From Lingula anatina (lineage: Eukaryota; Animalia; Brachiopoda), in contig CM120640.1 of NCBI GenBank assembly GCA_051362555.1, positions 6,324,001 through 6,388,000 on the forward strand: a stretch of 64,000 bases of DNA. Reading direction: 5' to 3'. Position 1 is the first letter of the stretch. Each line of letters opens with the position of its first letter. This document shows, piece by piece, positions 52,501 to 64,000 of the stretch. Both the position numbers and the translations under genes were made by a program. Below the pieces are notes generated by a model, which made no database searches, had not been told where the DNA came from, and saw only the letters and a list, made by a program, of their open reading frames with translations.

Positions 52501-55500
52501 CGGTGAATACTGCCCTCTTCTGCACATCTTTGAGTGGTTTATACATTTAGAGTACTTTAATTACAGTATGTGTGAGAACCAAAACAGTACATACACCACC
52601 ATTTATTGGACTTGAATGACAGTATTGAACAGACTTTTCCATTTGTGAATGAACATAATGGTCAAGTACTGGTTCTTAAAGTTTTTGGTTTCAGTACAAT
52701 GTATGCAAAGTCATGTGCAGAAAAGGGAATATGACATCACTGAAATTAGTAGATGTATATGTATTGTTTCTGTACATAGGAAACCCACTGTGTTTAGTGT
52801 ATTTGTGTGATCTATGGTATGGAATAAATACATATTCTTAGTTCAAACTTTGTAGTTCATTTGTCATACTTGGTAACTTTTTATTTAAAATAGTACCTTA
52901 ACTGTTTATTTTTTTTGAAACAATACAAGTAACTGGAAAGATGGTAAACATATTGTTTGTTTCGTCTAACTACTGGTCCATGAAGGCTGCTCTTTTTTAT
53001 GTGAATTTGATTTGATAGGCCCATGCGAACAAGGCTGGGATGAATACTTTACTAGAAGTTTTGTGGTAAAAACTGAGTTACAGTTCACGTAAGAATAAAA
53101 GGGAATGTGCTGATGAGCACTTGGCATTTGAAGCATTACGTTTATGAAAATATGTATTGAAGTTAACAGCAATGTGTAAGAATAGAATGTATTAAAGCAT
53201 ATGGCATTTGAAGCATTCTGTTCATATGTACATGTACTGAAGATAACACCACCACCATACTGGTAGATACAGTAGCTGGGATTCAAATGGAAACGGCAAA
53301 TTTTTTTAGCAGATGGAATTCATGAAGGAAAATAATTCACAGAATGTTTGTTCAAGATTCAGGCTAACATGTGCAGTTTGTGAATTTATAGTATTTTTTG
53401 TAGTAGATAGACTTGTAGTTTTGTGTGAATTTCTAAAAATTTATTTGCATGTTCATTTTCTCATCTTAAAGGATTGAAAATGGCATATAGTAGGTAGTTA
53501 GAAAGCAGTTTTATGAAGGTCTGATACACAACCTCAAAAGCAATTCTCATCTAAAGCTTGTGCATCAATCATATACGAGTATTTGATACAAAGGGAAAGA
53601 TACCTTTCCCATTTAGCATCCACCCTTTACTAATTCTGTACTCCTAAAAATGTTTCGTGCCGCTGCATATACATTTGTAACACTCTTTGCCAAATATCCA
53701 TGTTTCTGTGGAAACAAGCAAGATTAAGCCTCAGAAATTGATCAAGAACAGATGGTAGACAGACGAAAATTCCCCAAGATGTATTCAGCAGTCAAAGTAC
53801 TTCCCTAAATCTGATCATTTATAAAATTTTTGCCTATTTTGGGGGGAAATTTATCCATTTGCCTCCCCCCCCCCCCCCACCACCACCACCAACTAACCCC
53901 TTCCTTTGCATATAATTTTTTGAGGTTGTGCCTTAGATCTTTACAAAGTTGGAACCCTTCAGGAAAGGTCATAGCCTAACTACTAACTGCATTTTAGCTG
54001 GTTCACTGTAACAATGGTGCATAATAGGATGACAAGGCTTTTACACATGCACAATGTATTAGATAGTGGGTCTAGCTTTTTTCTCAACATTTCTTACATT
54101 TGACAAGCAGGATTCTGAGAAGCCCCAGAGAAACAGGTTTGCAGTCTTGACATGTGTGACTTCATTTGGGATGGGGCATAATTTATGCTACTGACTAAAA
54201 ATCTATAGTGGTTTCCTTTTATTGATTAACCAATCCTTTCTATTGTAAAACAGTCCAATTAGTAGGTAGTAGTAGGGGTTGTTGATGGAAAGGTTTAATA
54301 CATTTTATTTTATATAGAAACCTCATAGAAATTTTAACTTTTTTACCAAATCATGTTACAAATGAAAAATCAACATGGAAAACTAGTGCTGAAATGGCAG
54401 GTAGTGACTGAAATGAAACCAACTGATTAGTCTCCCATTTCTTGATTGAGAGTTTGTAATTTAACAAATTTTACTTACCTTGCAGGTCCGTAGCCAGCAA
54501 TTTCAAAAGGGGGGGTTCTTTTTCTGAAAAATTGGCCTGTTACAGTGAAACCTTCATGTACCTTGATAAAATTTTACCCAGAGGGGACCTTTTCCTGGCA
54601 AAAAGGAGGGGGGTCTTTACACTTGGCTACAGGCCTGCCTTGGATCCAATGTTCACAGTATATAAATATGATGACTAACAATGCACGTGCTGGATATTTG
54701 TAGCTCATAATTTTAGTTTTTACACCTGTAGTTCTAAACAGGTTGATTTTCCACTAAACTGCAAGATATGTTTGACATACTCTGAGGGGCATTGAACACA
54801 CTTAATTAGTGGTAAACCTTGGTAGAAATGTGTGGGTTTTGTATTTAATCTTAATTTTTGTTTGTTTGTTTTAGGAATGCTGAGATGTACTAACAAACAT
54901 TTTGTCATTTTCAGCTTCACATTTGTTTCCTTGCAGTGGTTTGTTGTTTGGCAGGGTTTTGATATTTGCCCATTAATACCTCCTCTGTTACATTAACTGA
55001 TAATTTTGGATGCAATATTGTACAGAGTGAAATTTCGTTTTTTTTTTTTTTTCTTTTTTTTTTCTTTGTTGTAACAACTAGACAGATGTGATTAGAAGAG
55101 AACCTTTTGTTATATGCTTAAACTTATCAATTTCTACACTTACATGAGCTGTACTCACAAAGCTTTCGATCAGTACTGTAACCCTCTTACTGAGACACTA
55201 GTGAACAGTGCTCAGCTGTCTCATAGTAACACATAGGTCTACCCAACTACCAGACTTGGCACCAAATGATCCTTAATTCACCAGTAGATTGGACCACACT
55301 ACGCATTTTCAAGGTGTATATCAGTACGCTCTTCGAAGTATCAGACAGGACACTGTCTTGCCTAGTACATGATGTGATAGTGATGATTCTCAGCGGGATT
55401 GGAAAGTAATGCATCTCATCTCAAAATTTGTTCCGGGGTATGATACTATGAAATGCATACTAACGCACACCTTGAAAACGGGTAGTGTGGTCTGATCCAC

Positions 55501-56188
55501 AAGTGAATTTGGGATCATTCGGTGCCAAGTCTGGTAGTTGACACACACCAAGGAAGGTCACAGTGGTGATCAAAGGCTTTCCCAGCAGACAAATGACATT
55601 GATTCACCGTTGAATCAACGTAGAATCAATGTCGTTTGCCTGCTGGGTTTGTTAGGTACAGCTCAAGTTAGTGTAGAAAATTGAAATGTGTAAGCATATA
55701 ACATAATCAAAAGACTATACAGATGAATTTCTGTCAAAAGAAGAAGATGGGGTTATGGAAGGTGTGGGTGGACATGTTTGTATGAGGGGAAAAAGTTCGA
55801 TGTAGAAAAATTTATTCATCTCACTAACTAGACTTTCACAGTAAACATTACACCTAAACTATCTGTACAATTCAAAACCATCATGTACATCATAACAATT
55901 AGAATTGTAGTGTGTAAGAACATTACCATCCTGATCAGAGCACGATTTCCAATGATAAGGTAACTGTACAGTACTTTTGTAAAGTGTGTGTCAGATTGAA
56001 TATGCATTGCAAGTGCAGAATGACTAGAAAATGTTCTCATAATTTCAGTGAGTTCCATCGGAATGCCAAAAATTGGGAAGGGGGTCCGCACCAGGTCGGT
56101 GTCCATGGAGGAGGCTGACATGCCCAAAATTCGCACAGGATCTCTGAGTACAAGCCCACCCAAGACTGATGGGCAAACGGGGCAGTAG
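29501..56188 (+). CDS. NDRG: NDRG-family (Ndr, alpha/beta-hydrolase-fold pseudoenzyme), invertebrate ZK1073.1-like; 13 coding exons, ~343 aa
   Basis: Exons 29501-29521, 30050-30106, 32678-32735, 34919-35036, 42018-42080, 43399-43462, 43900-43986, 44365-44442, 48235-48344, 48903-48938, 49352-49499, 49935-49986, 56049-56188 join in frame (1032 nt). Motifs LTVHDLGCNH, HVDLPGQE, FGEGAGANILARFA, PEKLAEAFLYFMQG, RTRSVSMEE. Confidence 0.92.
37424..37574. repeat. Two (TA)n tracts in the transposase intron
   Basis: Visible TA runs at ~37424-37462 and ~37544-37574. Confidence 0.9.
37829..39859. mobile_element. 2,031-bp non-autonomous DNA transposon nested in the transposase ORF
   Basis: Perfect 16-bp TIR CAGGGTTCTCCCCAGG; 5-bp TSD CTCTC (37824-37828, 39860-39864); no long ORF. 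Confidence 0.93.
47205..47680. repeat. Degenerate ~145-bp tandem repeat (TTTGACCTACT units), possibly part of a Helentron-associated element
   Basis: Three units TTTGACCTACT...CAT(C/G)AA...AAAT(G/T)TT at ~47217, ~47480 and ~47630; spacing is ~145 bp once the inserted MITE is removed. Confidence 0.6.
47303..47419. mobile_element. Internally deleted copy 2 of the 18804 element
   Basis: Shares GGATCCAGAGATATTTTCTGACAG...CCATCCTCCATTTTTGACCGTCTT with 18804-18968; flanked by GTTAC on both sides. Confidence 0.8.
52485..52736. mobile_element. Old MITE remnant
   Basis: CCCTCTTCTGCACATCTTTG / CAAAGTCATGTGCAGAAAAGGG inverted arms, bounded by TGTCAT / ATGACA. Confidence 0.4.
54483..54637. mobile_element. 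155-bp non-autonomous DNA transposon with 5-bp TSD
   Basis: TIRs CAGGTCCGTAGCCA / TGGCTACAGGCCTG; CCTTG directly repeated on both flanks. Confidence 0.82.
55108..55703. mobile_element. Nested foldback/MITE cluster (outer IR, inner IR 55244-55540, small palindromic MITE 55581-55647)
   Basis: Outer arms TGTTATATGCTTA.../...TAAGCATATAACA; inner ~100-bp arms CAACTACCAGACTTGGCACC.../...GGTGCCAAGTCTGGTAGTTG; CCCAGCAGACAAA...TTTGCCTGCTGGG flanked by TTT. Confidence 0.8.
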
Positions 56189-56579
56189 TCTGTGACCTGT
56201 CTGGACCTCAACGTGCACTTGGTATAGTCTATTGACTGAACTGACTTGTATTTAGCCTATGCTGGTTAACTGCCATGACTTAAGGAGACTTTCTGTGGCA
56301 CACTTCTCATTTAGCAGCCTTTGCAAGTAGGCAATGAAAGAACTTCCTAAGTCAGGGTGGTTTTCTTTGTTGCTTGCAGAAGAATTCGATTGTTAAGAGA
56401 GAGATTTTGAAATGGTTTCATATGTGAGGAGACATGCTTGTTGAAACAAAATTGTTAAGAAGTGACCTTTAGAAATTTTCTTCAGTAGCTAATTATATAC
56501 ATGAATTATCTCTTGTCGTCAATCAGCAGCAATAATTGTAATACAGATTGAGATGGAAAAAACATTGTGTTACTTAAAG

Positions 56580-56625
56580 GATAATTTGATTGTTATGATA
56601 ATTTGATTGTTATGATAATTTGATT
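56580..56625. repeat. 17-bp tandem repeat (GATAATTTGATTGTTAT x ~2.7)
   Basis: Directly visible, in the presumptive NDRG 3'UTR. Confidence 0.85.
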
Positions 56626-58984
56626 CCCCAAATTTAAGTAGTCACCGACTTGAGTTTTGTTAAGTTTGAATATTACAACAGGGAATTAATACAATTTAGT
56701 GTAATTTCTGTTGTATTCGTAAAATAATGTGCATGTATCATAATGACTTGGATCTTTTCAATAGACAAAAGTGATCAGTCTTTCAGACATAATTTCAGAA
56801 TCAAATAAAATTTTTACAAAGCATGTGGTTTTTTACTGCATAGAATAGAACTGTAGGGTAACCTGCTTTCCTATTTTTGCTGCACTTAAGAAGAGTGTTC
56901 TGATTTAAAGAACTTTTGACTTAAAAATATATTACCTGTAATATTCACTTTTTCCCATTGAAAAGATTGAGTCATTACCGTAATTGCAAGCCTCCTTATT
57001 AGATGGTGATGGTAGAAGGCAGTGTCACAAAATGAGTGGTAGCAGTATATATCCATGCAGGCACCTAAGAATTGGTCATCCTATTGACAAAAGCTGAAAT
57101 AAGTAGCTTGTGAAGAGATGAGCTAGTTGTCTGGTGAGATTCAAACATACTGTCATTTCAATAGTCATTGATCAAAAACGTATTTAACAACTACCCACTG
57201 ATTATATCTTATAAGCGCACTTGATCATAATTGTAATTCCATTCAGATGCATTTACATTTGTAACACTAAATGGCATTTAAGTTTTTTTTTGTACTATTT
57301 CAGTGTATATAATATGATTAAAATATTGCTTTTGTGTTCATGTTAGTGTGTTTCACTGCCAATCACCTGCATCGTGTGACGATTTAATTGGAAGTTATAG
57401 TAACACAGATCATAAATGTTAGATTGAGATTTTTTCCTTTTTGTAGGACTCTGAAAAGGGTTTCTATAATTTAAAAGATCTTTTTTTGTTTAGACATGAA
57501 ATTTTGATTTCAAATGTAATTATGGTTTACTGTGCAGAAGCAGACAAACCTTATTGTGTTGCACTTGCTGGTATCAGAATGAACTGACATCAAACTGTAG
57601 GCATACGTGTGTAAGTATGGGTACTGCTTTTAGCTTACACCCAAAATATGTAAAAATATTCAGGGATAATGCTCATTTTCAACACATCATTTATAACAGA
57701 TGGGTGTTTAATTTGAATTTCCAGCTAAGAAATCGATGGTGGTGATAATGATAACAAGATGAAAGTCATTTATTACATTACCAGAAGGGTATTTAACATG
57801 TATATCGATTACCTCAAGTGTCAATTCCAATGTAATCATCATCAGTAAATAAACCATAGTGGCCAAACTATTTGACTTCTTTACCTTGAATTGTTCAAAG
57901 CAGTTGAAAAAGGTATATTTTATGACTACTTAATTATAAAATTCTGAGGAACACACGTCTTGCATCTTCAATGGAGAACACTATTACACTGATTTTGCTC
58001 CAATCTCTAATCTCATGTAATCTTTCAAGGTCTTTAAACAAACTGAGCAATTAAACTTACTAAATAATTTCTAAAGGGGGGAGGGGAGAACAAGTGTCAA
58101 CTGTATCAGGTCTTTTAAATTGTATATTTTAACATTAAGGGGGGGGGGAGGGGGGTCTGGACTACTCCCCCAAGGTACCCCTTGCGGGCAAAATTTTTGG
58201 GCAATTCCATATGGTGCATATGCCGCATGATGACATCTGCCAAACAAAGGCCAAAATGTGTAACAGAATGCTCTGAACATAAAACTTGATAATAAGGTTC
58301 CATTTAATAGTTACTAAAACATTGTAATTCTGGCAGCAAGTTTTGAAATTGACCTGGAACCTCCTCGGCAAGGCAAGTTGAGACAGCACATTTTGTCAGT
58401 CAATGTGAAATGAACACCGTCTCCTAACTGACACACGTACAGTCTCTACCTCTCTCCACTTCAGTTGTATTTATACCATTCATTGGATAATCCAGTCCCA
58501 TACCAACCAAAACATAACTTAGAATAAGAAAAGTGCATCATTTGAAATATCAATTTTCAAAATAAAACACTAAATTATAGAACATTTTAAAAATATAAAT
58601 ATGTTCTCATAAGACAATGAAAACAGTTGTCTCTTTCAGTAATTACTTTGTAACAGTTTGAGTTGCCAGTTGACCATAACATATATAAAAACCTTATCGG
58701 GACAACTTCTGGACTCATTTGTCAAGAACTTCACCATCTCTTAAACTTCCTACATTCTATTTCAATCTAAAGGTTCACTCTGCAGTATACACAGAAATAT
58801 GCAAAGATGTTGTTAATTATTTCTACATTTTTTACAAAAGTAATTAAAAAATAATCTAATTAAATAAACTAATATGTTTTTTTTTATTTTCTCCTATTTT
58901 AAAATTAAAATGCAATCTGTAAAATGATAATCATCTTTAAAAACACTTCAGTTTCTTTATATCCAAGATAAGTGCATAAACATG

Positions 58985-60910
58985 TTATGCATAAGAATCC
59001 GCATTGGCTACAAGTCCAGAGCGTTCATTGGGATTCCTGCGAACTTGAGTATTGCACATCGGACAAGAATTTCTTTGCTCCAGCCACTGAAGAAGACACC
59101 TGAAAAATAAAAAAGAATATATAAAAATTCATTAGCAATCATATCTGCTAATTATCTTGGTTATGCTAAGAATGTAGGTATGTATAACAGTGAATTATAT
59201 TTGTTTTACATCTGTCATGTTTTATTTAATCAATTTTTACCTTTTAAAATTTTCATCACATTCAGTTTATGCAGAACTCCTTACAGACCAAATGTTAAGT
59301 ATTTATAAACAGTGGTTTGCATTTTACAAAAAAATTCTTTCAGTATTATGTTTAGTTTATTTTCTTGGTGCCAAGCAATGTCTGCACTTACTTGAGATGA
59401 AATGCATGCCTACATAGGCACAGTGCTATCTTTTCTTTCAGTTTGAATTCATCAAGGCAAACTGGGCACACCTTAATAGAAACAGATTTCTCACAATATT
59501 ATACTATACTCTGGGGCAACAACATTGAGTCTACTTTCATTTTTAAGAGGGTAAAATCACAAAATGACATCAATGTGGTAACCACTGTTTACTTACTAGT
59601 ATATATCACGCATCAGAAATATCTTTTTTTACAGAAAACCAACTGTAATATTAATCCAATCCTGTTCTTGAAAAAATACATTAAATACCTGTATTTTGAA
59701 ACATTAATGTTAAGAGTACCATTAAGCGGTAAAGGGGATCAACATTTTTTCAACCCAAAGAAAGTCTTGTGATTGCTAACCATTAGATGCCTTAAATATT
59801 TTAAGTGAGTCTTAAACATTTCAAGTAAATAAATTGCAAAAAAAAAAAAAAAAAAAAAAAAAATTGAAATTAAAATACCTAGGTTTGTAAAGCAGGAGAA
59901 AAAATTGAAAAGAAAATCTGGAAAATGCACCTGAATATCTTGTGAGATCAAGCTCTAGGAAACATGCCTTAGCTATGTTCCGACCTCCTAGAACCTCTGG
60001 CAGAAATTCCCTTAGTTTGCAAAGTGTTAGGCTCCATTCAGAATAGAGAGACCATCAGGAATCAGAGGTATCACTTTTGAACTGTGGTCGGCCATATTTA
60101 GTTGGCGGATTAGTAAGTACTCGGATCACCTATTCTGAATGGGGCCTAACACTTTGCAAACTAAGGTTTTTCAACTTACATCATTGGGGAAACTTCTCTT
60201 TTTCTTTTCCTTGAAAACAACCTGTAAAAGAAACAGTCATTCAAGGATTTAGAGATGCAGGCTAATCTACAGAGTTCATACAACTGTACCACCAGCCAAA
60301 ATACTTGAAAGAAGTTCAATGTTAATTAAACAACCAAGTCATTATAGCAGTCACTAAGACGAATAAGAAGGATTTAGAAGAAACACATATGTATAAAATT
60401 TATGAAATAACTGTCTAATATGTATAAAGCAAACCATTTTAGCCATACAGAAGCATGCAACTTCAGGCAAAGGTGTATTTTATTTTCAAATAGTAGAAGT
60501 AACTAGTCTTTAGAACCATAACACATGGTCATTGACTCTTGAACATTACACAGACGAAAAAAAATTTTAATCAACTTAAGTACATACATGTTATAAACAG
60601 TCAACCACTGTTTTGAAATAATATCTATCACGATCTTCAGTATAAATTAAGTGATTTTCACCAAGTCCCTAGATTTCAGGCTATCAGATTAATTGCGTTG
60701 CTGCTTTATGATTACCACAAAGTCACTTACCATTTTATATCCAAACTCTCTAACTGCATCTCTTCTGAGCCTTAAAATATTAATTATATATTATTAATAT
60801 TACATGATTTAGGTATATCTGCAGAAAATATACAGTTTCATTTAAGAACTCTAGATTTGTAATTTATTAGCGTAATTTATGGCTTGTTCAAGTATATGTC
60901 ATATTTAATA

Positions 60911-60953
<43 letters not shown>

Positions 60954-61453
60954 ATAGCAAAAGTTACAAGGCAAAACTCATGAAATGATACACCTGAATG
61001 ACTGCAATGCATTTATTCATCTATGAAACACTAATTTTATGAATGGAATAAGTACACATATGACAAGATCACCGGTTTTACTACAGCAATGACAGATCCA
61101 TGTGGCACAGTAGGGCATGCTATTATATTATTGTTCCTCATTGGCTTCAGATTTACCCCTATCTCCCTCAATCCCACTCTCTTCCCAAAAAATTAATAAA
61201 CAAGCCAACAAAACAGATCCAAACTATTTTTCCATCACTGTGCCCTACCATCCCAGTAAAATTGTCCTTGCCCAATATTTCTATTTTTGCATCTCTGCCA
61301 TTCTCCCCATTTTCACCCTGCCTGCACCACCCTTAATAACTAGTATTCTTCAACTTACTTCCACAAGTAGCAGCAAAATAAAAGACACACAATTAAAACA
61401 ACACCTCCAACAGCTATGAGTGGTAGACCATATTTCACTGGGATATTATCCAT
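58985..61453 (-). CDS. RNF24: Small transmembrane RING-H2 E3 ligase, RNF24/RNF122-like, 5 coding exons, 123 aa (not captured by the ORF track)
   Basis: Exons 61453-61359, 60770-60731, 60221-60180, 59471-59392, 59099-58985 (372 nt): MDNIPVKYGLPLIAVGGVVLIVCLLFCCYLWKLRRDAVREFGYKMVVFKEKKKRSFPNDVCPVCLDEFKLKEKIALCLCRHAFHLKCLLQWLEQRNSCPMCNTQV... LLFCCYL TM end plus C3H2C3 RING. Confidence 0.9.
60010..60166. repeat. 37-bp near-perfect inverted repeat (MITE-like)
   Basis: CCTTAGTTTGCAAAGTGTTAGGC(T/C)CCATTCAGAATAG at 60010-60046 and inverted at 60130-60166, one mismatch. Confidence 0.88.
60910..60956. repeat. (TAAA)n microsatellite
   Basis: Directly visible. Confidence 0.92.
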
Positions 61454-62483
61454 TCCATTGGAAAGGCTTTATCGATTGTCAATGCTACTACATGTAGTAC
61501 CTGAAAATCCAAAGTGAATTCATTAAAAAATATTTCACGCATAGAATAAGGAAAAAATGAGCATCTTTCAGATATATCAACTGTGACCCAAGAGCAGAGA
61601 GAATCTAAGTAAAACTTAGCTAAAAAGTGCAAAACCAGATTTATACAATGTAGCATTTTACTGTAAGTACAGTAAGAGTAAATACAGACACTCTGAGGTT
61701 AATTGCATTCCCCTTTTAAACTTCAATTTCATATCAAGCAGAAGTCTAGGGATAAATACATTCTTGTTGACCTTTACATATGCCATATATTCCTACTGTT
61801 TCAGCGCATATACTCCGTACTTTGACCAAGGAGTTATAACAGTTATATCTGTTATAACTCCTTGCTTTGACACAACATAACAATACATATGTACAGCGTA
61901 AATTTATAGGTAAACAATTGGACTTCTGACCTACATACATTAGAAGAACGTTGCACAATGACTGCATAACATAAAACAAACAGTAAAAGCACACTATCCA
62001 AATTTTCAGCATGGCTAATTGAAAGCTGCCATATCTGAAATCAAAGAAAAGATTTAAAGGCATTTTTAGAGACATGATATAACACGTACCTAGCTGCACA
62101 TTGCTCTGTTTATATTTGGAGTCGCAGTCATATGAAACAAAGATTGTTGCTTTAGTAATCATTTTGAAATTAAGGTCCCTATCAACAAAAATCGAATATT
62201 TCTTCAGCATATAATGATTTAAGGAGAAATATATTCTTAATATAACTATTGACCTCTAGATTATATGTTAAAATATATTAAAAAGTGTGTTCCGCATACT
62301 GATCCAAAATGCTACGTGACCTACATTAAACAATATGGCTTCCTTGTTGGAGTTGTAATTTCGCAACACCTTTATTGCTAATAATATTACACAAGATGCG
62401 AGACGACGTTGTTTTGAACACAACAGCAAGTTTGATATTTAAACGTTCATTTTTAAACAACCTTAACCCCGCCACCTCAAGAG

Positions 62484-63843
62484 ATGACGGGCGAATCGGG
62501 CGTGGACGAAGACCAATCTGCATTTCTGCTCCTTCCTGAGGATGTCTTGTTGATGGTCCTGTCCTACTGTGACAAAAGTTCACTTGGAAGACTCAGTTGT
62601 GTCTGTAAGAAGATATGGGGTTTGGTGTCAGAAGACTCTGTCTGGAGAAAGTATAGTCTCAAAGTGACTTTGATAGAAGATCCTAACCCAAGGAGGAGGG
62701 GAGGACATGGGTAGGCCTTACAGTACAGTACTTGCGTGAAGTTTAACTTTAAAATAAAATATTGAATCGGTTTCCTTGTCAGTGTCACTGTATCAGTCTA
62801 TAATGGAGTTTTACTCTATTGTCCCTCCAATATCAGGTTATTGGAAATAAATGATTCATGAAAGCGTCACTGCATTGAAAGGAAGAAACATGCCTTCAAA
62901 GTCCATTCTCTTCCGTCACCTCACTGAAAAGCTGAGGGAATCAAAAGTATTTCCTCAGAAATTTGTTAAGTAACAGTACCATAACAATTTGAGACAAAAA
63001 CTTTGCTTGAAATGTGCAAATACAAGTAAAAGGTTTTACTGAAGTTGACAAGACTAGGGGGACACAAAAAATCAAGTTATTTTGTAGTACTTTCATTTAC
63101 AGTTTTATTCCTTGGGGGAGACATGCCCTTGTTTTTCTTGGAAATATCCAGCCTCTCCATCCGGTGTGGTTCATTATATATCTGTATACTTAATTGTGGC
63201 CATTGTAGTCATTTTTGCAAATTAACAATTTAATTTGAGACAATAAACAAGATCAAAGAGTTGCGCTTGCAATTTTGGATATAAATTAGTAAGATCTTGC
63301 GTGTTTCTTGTGACATCTCTCTGTGTATTTATGAGATGTAGGTTCTAATATTCATTATTCTTCATTTTCTTATTTCAGGAGAAATTGTACAAAGCCAAAT
63401 TTAAAAGAACAGTGCAGATTATCACACAGTTGGAAGAAGGGAATTTTTCAAGAAAATACTGTACTTAAATATAAAATAAGGTAACTAGTAGATAAGAAAA
63501 TGTTTAATATTATTATATTATATGTAAAAGAACAGTGTTTTAGAGCCCCCTTCTTTTGCCAAGTAAAGCAATACTATGTTCAAATGTCATGGATAGTCCA
63601 GTTTATTTGTAAGTATTAAAAAAACATCTAGAATATCATGGTTTTTTATTTTCCATTCAGGCAGTTACCTTGGATGCACAGAGATAACACACACATATGG
63701 ATAACCCAGAGAAATATGATAAGATGCTTCAGCCAAAGAAGAAATGGTGTGCTGCATGAGAACAAGGATAAAATTCTAACTGGACATACAGATGATGTGT
63801 GCAGATTTGTCAGCAGGGATAATAGAGTGGTCAGTGGGGGAAC
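62484..63843 (+). CDS. FBXW4: F-box/WD40 protein 4 (dactylin), 5' part; continues beyond the window
   Basis: Exons 62484-62710, 63379-63480, 63661-63843. F-box LLLPEDVLLMVLSYCD..SLGRLSCVCK; LKEQCRLSHSWKKG; QLPWM; GHTDDVCRFV...VVSGG (first WD repeat). Confidence 0.88.
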
Positions 63844-64000
63844 GTAAGTTAACCATTGTGTGCAAATTGAGATGCTAATATATGACATTCTTTTATCCAT
63901 TGGTGGGGGTGAGCATGCAAGACTGAAGAGACTGAAGGAAAAAACAAATAATACTGCTTCATTACATATACTTTGCCAAAAAATAAAAGTAAACTAGTGC

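Noticed and set aside
54937-54962. Third possible NDRG terminal exon (VVCCLAGF*)
   Set aside because: Acceptor-like sequence present but no similarity to the other two termini; could be chance.
58070-58260. G-run-rich segment with short ORFs, possible G-quadruplex or gene
   Set aside because: Resembles the internal G/C-run segment of non-autonomous DNA transposons (compare 39690-39790); no ends or TSD could be defined.
61746-62210. 154-aa minus-strand ORF as a protein-coding gene
   Set aside because: No recognisable domain; it crosses apparent splice sites of the RNF24 5'UTR. Only the uORF portion is retained as a hypothesis.

Overview
AT-rich, intron-rich animal genomic DNA; the repeat style suggests an invertebrate, possibly a mollusc or other lophotrochozoan (inference only). 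I reconstructed eight host protein-coding genes by hand from splice sites: CCDC112 (-, 3' end outside window), NGLY1 (+), a Myb/SANT-like gene (-), an intronless class A GPCR (-), CFAP99 (-), an NDRG/ZK1073.1-like gene (+), RNF24/RNF122-like (-) and FBXW4 (+, runs off the window). Six of them form three head-to-head pairs. NDRG intron 4 holds a 5.4-kb hAT5-type DNA transposon whose spliced transposase is open except for one cleanly nested 2,031-bp element. Five separate insertions in the window share CA(G/T)GG-type termini (one degenerate) and 5-bp target-site duplications. Other notable items are a candidate duplicated alternative terminal exon and a microexon in NDRG, a triple-nested inverted repeat, a GPCR lacking the DRY motif, and an in-frame hydrophobic uORF ahead of RNF24. 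I found no supportable tRNA, rRNA or CRISPR. Most short ORFs in the track are exon fragments or noise. No database searches were run, so novelty is unverified.
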